Positions 17,118 to 26,286 of a DNA stretch of 64,000 nucleotides are shown here, in pieces. The stretch lies in the IMG/VR virus record IMGVR_UViG_3300029796_000300; one strand, given 5' to 3'. The notes under the pieces were generated by a model. The model worked only from the letters and a program-made list of their open reading frames with translations, was not told the DNA's origin and made no database searches. The stretch's first letter is position 1, and each line of letters starts with the position of its first letter. Made by a program: the position numbers and the translations under genes. Origin of the DNA: a virus.

Positions 17118-17640
17118 CTTATTTTTTCCTTTCACGCTGCGGGTGCAGTTTCCTGTCATTCGATGGGGGACGTCAACTGCGTGATGCTCCGTTTGCGGGG
17201 GGCTGCGGTATAGCTACCTGTCATTTGGTGGGGGACGTCAACCTGTCAATCCGGATTGCAATTTAATCGTACGGTATAGCTCCCTGTCATTTGGTGGGGG
17301 ACGTCAACTGAAGTTGAGTTTGCCGAGTATATTCCAAACGACAAACCAAAAAGGTAAATCAGCACTTACCGCTCACGCGGCGTTACTGTGGTCCACATCG
17401 CCAAGGATATACCGGGTTTGATGGTACGCACACTTCTCCTTCCCCTCAGAGATGTTTAATACGCACCCGCAGAGCGGCGGACTTGTGGAGTATCCGCCGG
17501 TGCCTATGTATTCCGGCATATCGTAGTCTTGCGGCTGAGGCTTATTGACGAGGCTTACTCTCCTTGCGGGTCATAAGCCACACCAAATGACAGGAGGCTG
17601 AGCCGGAGTTTCCGGCGCACCCGCCCGCCATTCGGCGGGG
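17118..17640 (-). ncRNA. putative IscB omega-RNA region upstream of iscB-like gene (shares conserved core with region 31189-31470)
   Basis: Structured, non-coding, homologous motif ...ctcagag.tgtttaa...ccgcagag...ccgccggtgcctat... shared with second IscB locus. Confidence 0.45.
17139..17313. repeat. three direct copies of 26-bp unit CCTGTCATTTGGTGGGGGACGTCAAC at ~70-bp period; unit is complementary to CACCAAATGACAGG at 17586-17599
   Basis: Direct reading of sequence. Confidence 0.75.
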
Positions 17641-17645
17641 TAAAG

Positions 17646-17984
17646 CTAAAGAGCAGCGTCCTGATTGACAGGACATTCGAGACTCATGTTTTTTCTCTTC
17701 TCACAGGACTCTGCCTGCGACCACAAGCTGTTTGGCAGATTGAGCACCGTTACGAGGACATCCCCGGCAAACAGATAGACGTGCCGGTGATATACTCGAA
17801 TATTGTTGATGGTTTTGTTTTTGAAGCGGATGGATGTAAGGTATCCATTCAGGTGGCCTCTGGTCTCCGAGTGCTTCACGCCAAAGTCAAAGGCTTTCTG
17901 TGCATTGCGCACGGCTGCTCTTTTGCCGAGACCAGCACGCTGTTTTGTACGCTTCCTCGCGTGTTTACTTACCTGCGCTGACAT
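17646..17984 (-). CDS. basic hypothetical protein (MSAQVSKHARKRTKQ...)
   Basis: Internal Met of ORF 17646..18128; weak RBS. Confidence 0.3.
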   Translation of the reverse strand: MSAQVSKHARKRTKQRAGLGKRAAVRNAQKAFDFGVKHSETRGHLNGYLTSIRFKNKTINNIRVYHRHVYLFAGDVLVTVLNLPNSLWSQAESCEKRKNMSLECPVNQDAAL

Positions 17985-18567
17985 GGTTCGTATCATTCTG
18001 ATGGACAGACACCGCGTTGCGATTGGCCTGCCGAATGAGCGACAGGATATCGTCCAGCCTGTTTCCGCCAAAGTACACAAGTAATGGCTGATACAGCGCC
18101 AATACCGCCACAACAAAGCAGACGGCATCAGCAGTACCCGCAGGGAAATCCGCCCGTGCCATAACTACAGAATACAGGCTTGCCAGCAGTACAATCGCCG
18201 CTGTGAGGGAAAGAACGGTATGGAAGAATAAAGCGAGCGCCTTACTCACAGCACCGCAGTTGGCGAACTTCTTCTCCACGAAATACTTCGCAGCCGGCAA
18301 GCCCACCAGGACTGCCAGCAGCACAAGCTGGATACCAAGAGAGACTTTGGGAATCTGGAACTCCCGGCTCTGGAAGAACAGCGTCACGCGGCTGCCGACG
18401 TTCAGGGTTTCAATGAGTAGGAATAGCCACAGAACCGCAAGCACCAGCGGTCTCGGCGCATTGAGCTTGCCCACGGCGAAATCGCACAACACCCATAGCA
18501 CAATGAGTACCGCAAGCTGCGGCATCATGAGCCGCCCTAATTCCAGAGCAAAACTAACAAAAGTCAT
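17965..18567 (-). CDS. polytopic membrane protein (several hydrophobic helices)
   Basis: 200-aa ORF, strongly hydrophobic. Confidence 0.55.
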   Translation of the reverse strand: MTFVSFALELGRLMMPQLAVLIVLWVLCDFAVGKLNAPRPLVLAVLWLFLLIETLNVGSRVTLFFQSREFQIPKVSLGIQLVLLAVLVGLPAAKYFVEKKFANCGAVSKALALFFHTVLSLTAAIVLLASLYSVVMARADFPAGTADAVCFVVAVLALYQPLLVYFGGNRLDDILSLIRQANRNAVSVHQNDTNHVSAGK

Positions 18568-18598
18568 TGTTCATTCCTCCTGAAAAATTTACCGATTC

Positions 18599-18674
18599 CT
18601 GTCATTTGGTGGGGGACGTCAATCCTGCGGGCCAGATGATACTCCCTGTCATTTGCTGTGGCACATCAACGATT
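18599..18674. repeat. two further copies (one degenerate) of the 26-bp CCTGTCATTTGGTGGGGGACGTCAA unit
   Basis: Direct reading. Confidence 0.65.
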
Positions 18675-18699
18675 AAAAAGACGAGAATTCCCCTACTTG

Positions 18700-19010
18700 A
18701 GAAAACCAAAGATTTGGTAAATCAGCACTTACCGCTCACGCGGCGTTACTGTGGTCCACATCGCCAAGGATATACCGGGTTTGATGGTACGCACACTTCT
18801 CCTTCCCCTCAGAGATGTTTAATACGCACCCGCAGAGCAGCGGACTTGTGGAGCATCCACCGGTGCCTATGGATTCCGGCATATCGTAGCCTTGCGGCTG
18901 AGGCTTATTGACGAGGCTTACTCCCCTTGCGGGTCATAAGCCACACCAAATGACAGGAGGCTGGGTCGGAGTTTCCGGCGCACCCGCCCGCCATTCGGCG
19001 GGAGTGCAGA
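18700..19010 (-). ncRNA. orphan near-identical duplicate (~300 bp, a few SNPs) of the omega-RNA-like segment 17341-17640, not adjacent to any iscB
   Basis: Near-identity over ~300 bp incl. CACCAAATGACAGGAGGCTG at 18946. Confidence 0.45.
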
Positions 19011-19382
19011 CTAATTGTTGTAGGAATTGAAGGGGCAAAGCATACACTTTTGCAGGTCCTCGCCGCAGAACTGGCAGAAATCCACCTCGCTTTCCCGCAT
19101 CTTCTCAAAGATGGCGGCGAAGTTCGGCCAGTGGAAGCCCAGCGCCTTTCCGAGACTGTCGAGAAGCACATCCTGTGATAGGGCGGAAAACAATTCCGCG
19201 TCGCACAGCGGTTCGTCTGTCTCCGAATTGATGGGACAGACGATAACAGAGCCGCCGGTGATGTCTTCCCGCCATTGCGGCGGTGTTTCCCGGATGGTGT
19301 TGCCCTCCGTGTCCACAGTTTTTCTGGCCACCGTGTAGACGCCGCGCTGCACTACGACCGTGCTGCTCTTTGCATCCGGCAT
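19011..19382 (-). CDS. hypothetical Cys-containing protein
   Basis: 123-aa ORF directly downstream of helicase. Confidence 0.5.
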   Translation of the reverse strand: MPDAKSSTVVVQRGVYTVARKTVDTEGNTIRETPPQWREDITGGSVIVCPINSETDEPLCDAELFSALSQDVLLDSLGKALGFHWPNFAAIFEKMRESEVDFCQFCGEDLQKCMLCPFNSYNN

Positions 19383-19384
19383 TT

Positions 19385-21385
19385 TCAGTCTCCTTTCCCC
19401 GCCGCCAGCAGGCGCGGCACAAACTCAGATACTTCCAGTTTTTCTTGGTACATCTTCCGGCAGGTGATGATTTCCAGCTCATGCCGTGCCCGCGTCGCTC
19501 CGACGTAGAACGCTCGCGCATCCTCTTCGTCATCCTCCGCGTCGCGGTCATCGCTGTCACCGGGAATGATGCCAGATACCATGTCGATTAAGATGACCTT
19601 ATCGAACTCCAGACCTTTACTGGAATGGATGGTGGTAACGGTCACATTGGAATCCTCGCAGCCCTTATATTCCGTGATGTTTTTGAGTGCGGCAAGAAAG
19701 TCCGGAATGGTCGAATACTTCTCCGCTACCATCTTCAAAATGCTGATACGCAGGCGGATAAACTGCTCGGAAGCACCGGCGTCAATTTTCTTCGTCAGCC
19801 AGTTGCTCCAATAGTCGAGCATGAACAGAATGTAGTCGATAGCCTCAGCAGGCTTCTTCTTCGCAAGGTCGGAAAAGTCCCTCGGCAGGCATTCTATTTT
19901 CCATGCGTATCCCTTGCCGCCTGCAAATTTCATCGCGGCGCTGAATACGTTCCGGCACTCCCCTTCTTCAACCGCCTCGATAATGCGCTTGGCGGTGACG
20001 CCCTTCATGTAAAGGCCCATTTTGTAGTACAGATGCCCAAAAGCGGTGGTGTCAGCAGGGTTCAGGGCCAGAAGCATAAAGTCGAGCAGGTCCCGAATGA
20101 CGTAGTTCGTCATGAAGGTCCCCGTCGCATCTCTGGTTTGAACCTGAATGCCGTTCATCTGGAGCAGATTGATAAGAGGGATGGCAGAGTCGTTATTCCG
20201 ATACAGAATTGCCAGGGATTCATCCGGCTTCTGATTCCGGATGCGCTCCAGCAGAAGCTCCGCCTGCTGTTCCATGCGGTCGATGCAGGTCACGACGATG
20301 GCTCCGTCCTTTTGGGACTGGGCACGCATATTCTTGTCGAGTCGTCTCGTATTCAGTTTGATGAACTGATTGGCCGCTGAGACGATGTTCCTGTCGCTGC
20401 GGTAATTGGTCTCCATACGCAGGATACAGGGTTCGTTATAGTTGCTCTGGAAGTCCAGCAGTGCGGCAGGATACGCGCCTCGGAAGCCGTAGATGCTCTG
20501 GTCTTCGTCTCCGACCATGAAGATATTGCCATTCCGCCCAACCAGCTTCTGGACGATAAGGTGCTGGACATACGAGGTGTCCTGCGCCTCGTCCACACTC
20601 ACATAGCGGAACTTCTCATGCGCCCGCTGTAAGATGTCCTGGTATTCATCCAGCAAATCATTTGCCATGAGAAGCTGGTCATCAAAATCCATTAAATCAT
20701 GCTCGCTCATGTAGAGCTTGTACGCCTGGTAAAAAGCAGAAAAATCAAGGCTGTTTTCTTCGATGGCCTCAATTTCCTGAAAGGTCATGAGCTTGTTTTT
20801 TACTTTGCACACCTTCTGCGCGAGAGACCGCACCTGTGAATCACTGGGATACTCCGGAAGCATCTTAGCCGCAATAGCACGGACGATGCTCTCGTTGTTC
20901 GGCACCAGCTTTGGTACATGAATGTACTTCTCTTTCGCACAGGTATTGATGACGGACAGGCAGAAGCTGTTGATAGTGGAGAATACCGGTATCCGTTCCG
21001 GGGCAAACTTCTTTATGAAACGCTCCTTCATTTCCTTTGCCGCAGCGCGGGTATAAGTGATGGTCAGGATATTCTCCGGCTTTACGCCTGCGACATACAT
21101 GAGATAGCCGGTTCTCGCTACGATGACCGTAGTTTTTCCGCTTCCCGGCACAGCAAGGAGCAGCGTTGCTCCATTCACGCGCCGGACAGCGGCTTCCTGC
21201 TGTTCGTTGAGTCCGCAAATATTGAATTTTTGGCAAAAAGTGTGGTAATCCAATGCAGCGCACCCCCGAACTTTTATATTTACATTATACCACACATTAG
21301 CTTGATTGTCAATTCGTTTCAGAAAAGCTAAGCGCCCCAAGACAAGGAGCGCTTGGCTTGCTGGCTGACGTCTACTGCTTCTCAA
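19385..21385 (-). CDS. UvrD/PcrA/Rep-family SF1 DNA helicase (N-terminal extent uncertain)
   Basis: Motif I AVPGSGKTTV, motif II FRYVSVDEAQDTSY, motif III MVGDEDQSIYGFRGA, motif V/VI TVTTIHSSKGLEFD. Confidence 0.8.
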   Translation of the reverse strand: MRSSRRQPASQALLVLGRLAFLKRIDNQANVWYNVNIKVRGCAALDYHTFCQKFNICGLNEQQEAAVRRVNGATLLLAVPGSGKTTVIVARTGYLMYVAGVKPENILTITYTRAAAKEMKERFIKKFAPERIPVFSTINSFCLSVINTCAKEKYIHVPKLVPNNESIVRAIAAKMLPEYPSDSQVRSLAQKVCKVKNKLMTFQEIEAIEENSLDFSAFYQAYKLYMSEHDLMDFDDQLLMANDLLDEYQDILQRAHEKFRYVSVDEAQDTSYVQHLIVQKLVGRNGNIFMVGDEDQSIYGFRGAYPAALLDFQSNYNEPCILRMETNYRSDRNIVSAANQFIKLNTRRLDKNMRAQSQKDGAIVVTCIDRMEQQAELLLERIRNQKPDESLAILYRNNDSAIPLINLLQMNGIQVQTRDATGTFMTNYVIRDLLDFMLLALNPADTTAFGHLYYKMGLYMKGVTAKRIIEAVEEGECRNVFSAAMKFAGGKGYAWKIECLPRDFSDLAKKKPAEAIDYILFMLDYWSNWLTKKIDAGASEQFIRLRISILKMVAEKYSTIPDFLAALKNITEYKGCEDSNVTVTTIHSSKGLEFDKVILIDMVSGIIPGDSDDRDAEDDEEDARAFYVGATRARHELEIITCRKMYQEKLEVSEFVPRLLAAGKGD
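21283..21311 (-). promoter_or_regulatory. consensus promoter TTGACA-N17-TATAAT with TGTGG extended -10 (type A)
   Basis: rc: TTGACAATCAAGCTAATGTGTGGTATAAT. Confidence 0.6.
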
Positions 21386-21488
21386 TATAGCCGCTGACAG
21401 GCTCTGCGTACATATTGTCGTCTGTGACAGGCTGGTAGCTTTGGGTTTTCAAACACAGTATATCACATAGAATTTTGTGTGCAAATAG

Positions 21489-21686
21489 TTACCGCTGCGA
21501 ATGATGATGCCGCTTGCGTCGTGCAATTTGGTATTCGTCGAATGCTTTAAGCGGTTTCTGAGCCTCGTCAATCATATTCTTTTCCGCCGTCAGCGCCTTC
21601 TGAAACTCCGCCCATGCAGAACAAGCCTCCGGCTTATGGCATCCGGGAGTGCGGTCTGGGCAGTCGAGACAAGGAGAATTAACCAT
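21489..21686 (-). CDS. small Cys-rich protein (MVNSPCLDCPDRTPGCHKPEACSAW...)
   Basis: Internal Met; overlaps stop of upstream gene. Confidence 0.4.
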   Translation of the reverse strand: MVNSPCLDCPDRTPGCHKPEACSAWAEFQKALTAEKNMIDEAQKPLKAFDEYQIARRKRHHHSQR

Positions 21687-23898
21687 GGGCCTGCGCCTCC
21701 TTTCCAAGCGCCGTCGCGAAGCGTTTGGCCTGGTATTCCGTAATGGTTCGGACACCGGCGCGTAACTTCCACTCGGACAGCTTTACCGGCCATTCCGCGT
21801 CCTGGCAGATACTGGTGTCCACGGCGTCCAGAAGCATTTTTTCCTTCGCCTCCCTTTTTCGGATGAAATCCAATGCTGTCTTGAGATAGCGGATGGCGTA
21901 GGCATAGTCCACGGCAATGCCGCCGATGCGCCAGTTACCGAGAGATTTGTTTGTGACCACATATTCCAGCCAGACCGAATTGAGGTAAGTCAGGTTGATG
22001 TACTCGCCATCGTATAGCTCGAAATTCGCACGGGCATTTGCGGCGCTTGTACGGTTCCAATTCCATTCGCCGCTCTTTTCAGCGGACACGAACACATGGC
22101 GCTCCGGCTCTGTCTGATAGTGCCGGAGAATGATTTCGCCCTCTTGCGGCTTGAAGTATTTCGCTTTTGCCGTACCTTTGAACATCGCATTTGGGCGTTC
22201 AAATTCCACCATCTCAACCGGCGGGTCATATTCGACCAGATTCGCTTTATATAGCGCACAATCATCCACAGCACAGTCATGTGTGCGATTACGCTCGCCG
22301 CGTCCACGCACATTCTCCCATGCTCGCGGATAGATAGTGGGGCTGTCCGTTTCAGGAACAAGATGCTGTGTCGTAAGCAGCATATCTCCCTGTTGGACTT
22401 TCTGATTGCATCGAGCGATGATATCCGTAAAGGAGCCGTACTTATTGTCTGAAATCCACTTATCCGCAACGGAGAAGATGACATACTCCGACTGTTTGGC
22501 AAGCGTAACGCCCTTCGGCAGCGGGAGCAGTGCGGAGTGGTCCACGACGCCTTGCAGGATGTTGTAGACGAAGGTGCGGGATACAAGGCCGTCCAGAATT
22601 CGCTTGCGCTGTTCTCTCTGCTCTTTCACATACCGTTTACGCTCTGACTCAAAGATGAATTCCTTCGGCTCCTCCGGCACGGTCTCTGTAACGACCTGCG
22701 CTCTGGTGAGAATCAGGTCGTCACTGATATGGACGCGGTTTTCATCCGTCCAGCCAAGGTAGAGATTTTCACCGTTTCGGATGATGATGCCAACGGTCTT
22801 GCCGTGGTAGTAGTCGTAGCGGTCGAGCATATTGTGGTACGGTCTGCCCTCATTGTCCATCGCGCGTCCGATGGATTTTCCGGTGCGGCTGAGGCGCACG
22901 AGCATGATGCAGCGTTCGTTCGGTGCGAAGGTGTCCAGCGCGTATGGAGAGTGCTTGAGGAAGCTCTCAAACATATCCAGCTCATTCCACTGAATTTCAT
23001 ACAGGGACGCAAGACGGCCAAGGTCTTCGTCCAGGAAACGGAGCTTCTGATGTACGACGATAGGCTCTGTATCCGGTGCGTTTTTCCCTGAGCGGATGCG
23101 GGTGAAATTCACGACTTCTCCGGCATAACAGCGGATGGCATAGATTTGGGAGTCCAGGAGGTAGATTTGTCCCTCCAACTGTTCCTTCTTCTCTTCCAGC
23201 TCCTCCATTTTGCGGCTCAGCTCCGCCATGCGCTTGTTCTTCTTCTGCCAAAGTTCCTGCTTGAGGGTCTCAATTTGCGCTGTCAGTTCCGCAAGTTCGC
23301 CGGTCTTTGCGCCTTCGACATCTTTCATCTCGCTTTTCAGCTTCTCAATTTCGGTCTGGTGAGCACTTAGCTGTTCCTTGACTGTTTTCTGAGACATTGC
23401 GGTTCCTGCTCCAGCCGGAATGATGCTCATATCGCAGACGGCCGCCGAGCCAAGCTCCGCCATCGCCTGTGCAGGCGTCAGGTCGGAGTAGTCCCTGTCC
23501 GGCGTATAGGTCATGTACTTCTCAGGCTCCATGACAATGATGCCCTTCTGCGGATTGCCGATGTATAAAAACGCTGCTTCCTTCGACCAGAGAGCTGCGC
23601 GGATAGGCTGTTCAAACTCCTCCGCGAAGTGGAAGAACTGAAGCATTTTTTCGGAAACCGATGCTCTCTGCTTCTCCCAATTCTCTTCCGTCTGATGGCC
23701 GAAAAAGCTGAAGGTGTTGCGGCCAATATCGTAGAGGTCAACGCCCGCGTTCTTTGCCGCCTCTTTTGTCAGTCTTGAACAGACGTCGGAAATCTCTTTT
23801 GCGTCAGCCATGGAGAGAGTGCGATACCACGCCAAATAGGCGCTCACGCCCTCCTTCGCCACCTTTACGGTGCCGTTGTTGTAAATAGGTTCCTGCAT
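21679..23898 (-). CDS. large hypothetical protein with central coiled-coil segment (739 aa)
   Basis: Long ORF; heptad-like KLKSEMKDVEG...LEEKKEQLEG region; no recognisable catalytic motif. Confidence 0.6.
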   Translation of the reverse strand: MQEPIYNNGTVKVAKEGVSAYLAWYRTLSMADAKEISDVCSRLTKEAAKNAGVDLYDIGRNTFSFFGHQTEENWEKQRASVSEKMLQFFHFAEEFEQPIRAALWSKEAAFLYIGNPQKGIIVMEPEKYMTYTPDRDYSDLTPAQAMAELGSAAVCDMSIIPAGAGTAMSQKTVKEQLSAHQTEIEKLKSEMKDVEGAKTGELAELTAQIETLKQELWQKKNKRMAELSRKMEELEEKKEQLEGQIYLLDSQIYAIRCYAGEVVNFTRIRSGKNAPDTEPIVVHQKLRFLDEDLGRLASLYEIQWNELDMFESFLKHSPYALDTFAPNERCIMLVRLSRTGKSIGRAMDNEGRPYHNMLDRYDYYHGKTVGIIIRNGENLYLGWTDENRVHISDDLILTRAQVVTETVPEEPKEFIFESERKRYVKEQREQRKRILDGLVSRTFVYNILQGVVDHSALLPLPKGVTLAKQSEYVIFSVADKWISDNKYGSFTDIIARCNQKVQQGDMLLTTQHLVPETDSPTIYPRAWENVRGRGERNRTHDCAVDDCALYKANLVEYDPPVEMVEFERPNAMFKGTAKAKYFKPQEGEIILRHYQTEPERHVFVSAEKSGEWNWNRTSAANARANFELYDGEYINLTYLNSVWLEYVVTNKSLGNWRIGGIAVDYAYAIRYLKTALDFIRKREAKEKMLLDAVDTSICQDAEWPVKLSEWKLRAGVRTITEYQAKRFATALGKEAQAHG

Positions 23899-23918
23899 GG
23901 TCGGTCCCTCCCTGTGCT

Positions 23919-24131
23919 TCAGAAAATCAGACTACCCAAGGCGTCGTAGTCTGTGCTGCTTTTGAGTTTGGCGTAGCCGCCGTCCTCGCTAACGCTCCAG
24001 AGCGTGAAGGTTGGTGTATGGCCATCGTCACGCCTCTGTGTGATGGCATAGTGTGCTCCGTCCCGTGCGGTGATGGACACACCAGGGTATCGTGTCTCCT
24101 CCGGAGGAAGACTATTCTGCGCTTTTGCCAT
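23919..24131 (-). CDS. small hypothetical protein
   Basis: Internal Met of ORF 23919..24524. Confidence 0.3.
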   Translation of the reverse strand: MAKAQNSLPPEETRYPGVSITARDGAHYAITQRRDDGHTPTFTLWSVSEDGGYAKLKSSTDYDALGSLIF

Positions 24132-24555
24132 CAGGCTTTCCCTCCTCCGTACTGGTTTTGATAGCACCGCACTCAACCAGAATGCGGTATATCTCATGGA
24201 CAGCCGCATCCGAGACAGTGTATGTTCGCCAGCAACTGAATGGGTCGTATCCGTAAAAATCAGCATCAACGATTTTCTTGATGGCAGAGCGCTCGTCTGC
24301 GGTGCGAACCGCTTCCTCATAGGCTGCCATATCCGGATAGAGCACATAGCCGCCATTGCATTCATTCCGGTCGATGTATTCACCAGTCTTGCGGCTGAAG
24401 GCGTCGTTGCCGATGTAGAAATACTTCTTGCCGACTTTTGTAACGGTTCTTGTGATTGGCGTTCTGCCGCCAGCGGTCCTTGCAAAATTGCCATACGGTA
24501 TGAGCACGAGTTCGCGCCCGACACTAATGGTAGAGAGCCAGAGCTTGTCCTGCAT
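24112..24555 (-). CDS. hypothetical protein
   Basis: 147-aa ORF with protein-like composition. Confidence 0.5.
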   Translation of the reverse strand: MQDKLWLSTISVGRELVLIPYGNFARTAGGRTPITRTVTKVGKKYFYIGNDAFSRKTGEYIDRNECNGGYVLYPDMAAYEEAVRTADERSAIKKIVDADFYGYDPFSCWRTYTVSDAAVHEIYRILVECGAIKTSTEEGKPDGKSAE

Positions 24556-24599
24556 AGTATCGTCCTCCTCTTCGTGGAAAGTTAATCAGCCACTTTTCT

Positions 24600-24795
24600 T
24601 ATGATGATTTCTCCGTCTGAGCACTCAATGACGGAATAGGCTCCCTCACTCGAAATATTGACACTCCCCACGGCTAAAGCCGGGGGATTCCTGGTTCAAC
24701 GACCGCAGCCTGCACGAGCGAGGTCTTACATGGTCTCCCCAGGCGTATCGGTTCGGGCGTGTCCCGCCCTACCATGAGCAAAAAGTCTATCAGGC
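24600..24795 (-). ncRNA. putative TnpB omega-RNA (reRNA) at 3' end of tnpB / right end of IS
   Basis: Structured GC-rich hairpins immediately 3' of tnpB (CCCACGGCTAAAGCCGGGGG etc.). Confidence 0.4.
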
Positions 24796-25911
24796 TGCGG
24801 ACGACCGCTTGCGAAGCCCCTCTTCCAGGATGTTCTGCGCCGCGTTGATGTCGCGGTCATGGAACGCGCCGCACTGCGGACAGGTCCAAAACCGGATACC
24901 GAGGTCTTTGACCTCTTTGTTTTGATATCCGCAACAGCCGCAAGTCTGGCTGGATGGGAAGAACCTGCCGATGATGACGAGTTCCTTGCCATACCAGTCA
25001 GCCTTGTAGGCAAGCTGCCTGCGGATTTCGCCCCATGCGGCGTCCGCAACATGGAGCGCGAGCTTGTGGTTCTTCATCATGTTTTTGGAGGACAAGTCCT
25101 CTATGCAGATGATGTCATTGCTCCGCACAAGCTGCGTCGTCATCTTATGGATGGCGTCATTCCGTTGGTTAGCAATATGCTCATGTAACCGCGCAATTTT
25201 AACGCGAGCTTTCTCACGGTTGCAGCTCCCCTTTGATTTTCGGGAGAGCTGCCGTTGGAGGCGGGCCAGCTTCTTGAGATTGCGGCGGTAGCTATGGAGG
25301 TTGTCGTACTTCACGCCATCCGATGTGATAGCCAAGTCCTTGATGCCGAGGTCTATGCCGACAGCGGCTCCGGTCTTTGGCAGCGACTTGATGTCCACGT
25401 CGGTACAGCAAAGGGAAACATAGTATTTGCCGCTGGCTTCCTGTGACACAGTAGCAGAGAGCACTCGGCCCTCCACCTTGCGGCTGACGCGGCACTTGAC
25501 ATTGCCGAGCTTCGGGAGCTGCATCGCACCGTCCAGCACCTTGATATTGGTGCCGACGCATTTGCTTTTATAGCTGCGGCGGTGCTGGCGCTTGCTCTTG
25601 AAGCATGGAAATCCCGGCTTCTCACCGTGCTTCACACGGCGGAAGAAGTTCTGGTAGGCGGTATCCAAGTCACGCAGGGACGATTGCAGCGCAGTAGAAT
25701 CCACCTCGCCGAGCCACGGACGTTGTTTCTTCAAGGCGGTCATATCGGCGGAGCAGGCCTTATAGCCAAGTGTCGTCTTGTCTGTCTTGTAAGCGTCAAT
25801 ACGCTTGGCGAGATAGTAGTTATAGACGAAGCGGCAGCATCCAAAGGTTCGTTGTATCTGAATCGTTTGCTCTTTCGTAGGGTAGATACGAAATCTGTAA
25901 CTATGCTCCAT
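24790..25911 (-). CDS. tnpB: TnpB (IS200/IS605 family OrfB; RuvC-like nuclease, intact catalytic motifs)
   Basis: [10 protein letters not shown]; [10 protein letters not shown] (D); ICIEDL (E); CGCCG...[18 protein letters not shown]. Confidence 0.85.
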   Translation of the reverse strand: MEHSYRFRIYPTKEQTIQIQRTFGCCRFVYNYYLAKRIDAYKTDKTTLGYKACSADMTALKKQRPWLGEVDSTALQSSLRDLDTAYQNFFRRVKHGEKPGFPCFKSKRQHRRSYKSKCVGTNIKVLDGAMQLPKLGNVKCRVSRKVEGRVLSATVSQEASGKYYVSLCCTDVDIKSLPKTGAAVGIDLGIKDLAITSDGVKYDNLHSYRRNLKKLARLQRQLSRKSKGSCNREKARVKIARLHEHIANQRNDAIHKMTTQLVRSNDIICIEDLSSKNMMKNHKLALHVADAAWGEIRRQLAYKADWYGKELVIIGRFFPSSQTCGCCGYQNKEVKDLGIRFWTCPQCGAFHDRDINAAQNILEEGLRKRSSAA

Positions 25912-25957
25912 GAAATCACCGCCTTTCATACTTGATTATACCATATTTTCGTGGTTT

Positions 25958-26266
25958 TCAACAAAAATTGCACTTTCGGTGCAATTTGGAGTGCCTTATA
26001 TCCCCATGCCTAAAGGCAGGGGTTTTACGGCGAACCCCGATAATATACGCCGCAAGAAGTGCCATAGAATCATTCAGAAAAAAGTGAAAGTCTGAAAGTA
26101 AATCCCACGCGAAGGCCGATGCAACGCACAAAATCGTGGCCGCGACAATACAGCAAAGCGCAAATGCAGCTGATTCGAGTGCGCTGGCGTTTGTCATGTC
26201 CGTATCTGTATCGTCATCAAGCCCCTGCCGCATAAGCCAAAGGGACATGATAATCGGAAAGTTCAA
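25958..26266 (-). pseudogene. small membrane protein gene whose 3' end runs into the IS left end (likely disrupted/fused by insertion)
   Basis: Hydrophobic ORF reading through IS terminal hairpins. Confidence 0.3.
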
Positions 26267-26286
26267 AATGATATCCTCCTGTCCGG

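Larger units (their letters stand above)
24600..26060 (-). mobile_element. IS200/IS605-family (IS1341-like, tnpB-only) insertion; ends approximate
   Basis: tnpB plus subterminal hairpins (ccccatgcctaaaggcagggg at ~26010) and 3' structured region. Confidence 0.5.

Noticed and set aside
17139-17313. Possible CRISPR array (26-bp repeats with ~40-bp spacers)
   Set aside because: Only three units, irregular spacer lengths (the 18599-18674 copies have ~22-bp spacing), and no cas genes. The repeat is complementary to a segment of the adjacent omega-RNA-like region, which fits better with an RNA structural or pairing element of the IscB system.
17341-17640. Group II intron or tRNA-like structured RNA
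   Set aside because: No tRNA cloverleaf features (no GTTC-loop/CCA context) and no intron domain V/VI signatures seen. Homology to the region upstream of the second, canonical iscB favours an omega-RNA.
23919-24524. 201-aa ORF overlapping 24112-24555 in another frame
   Set aside because: Most of it overlaps the more protein-like 147-aa frame. Only its C-terminal 70 codons (23919-24131) are retained as a possible small gene.
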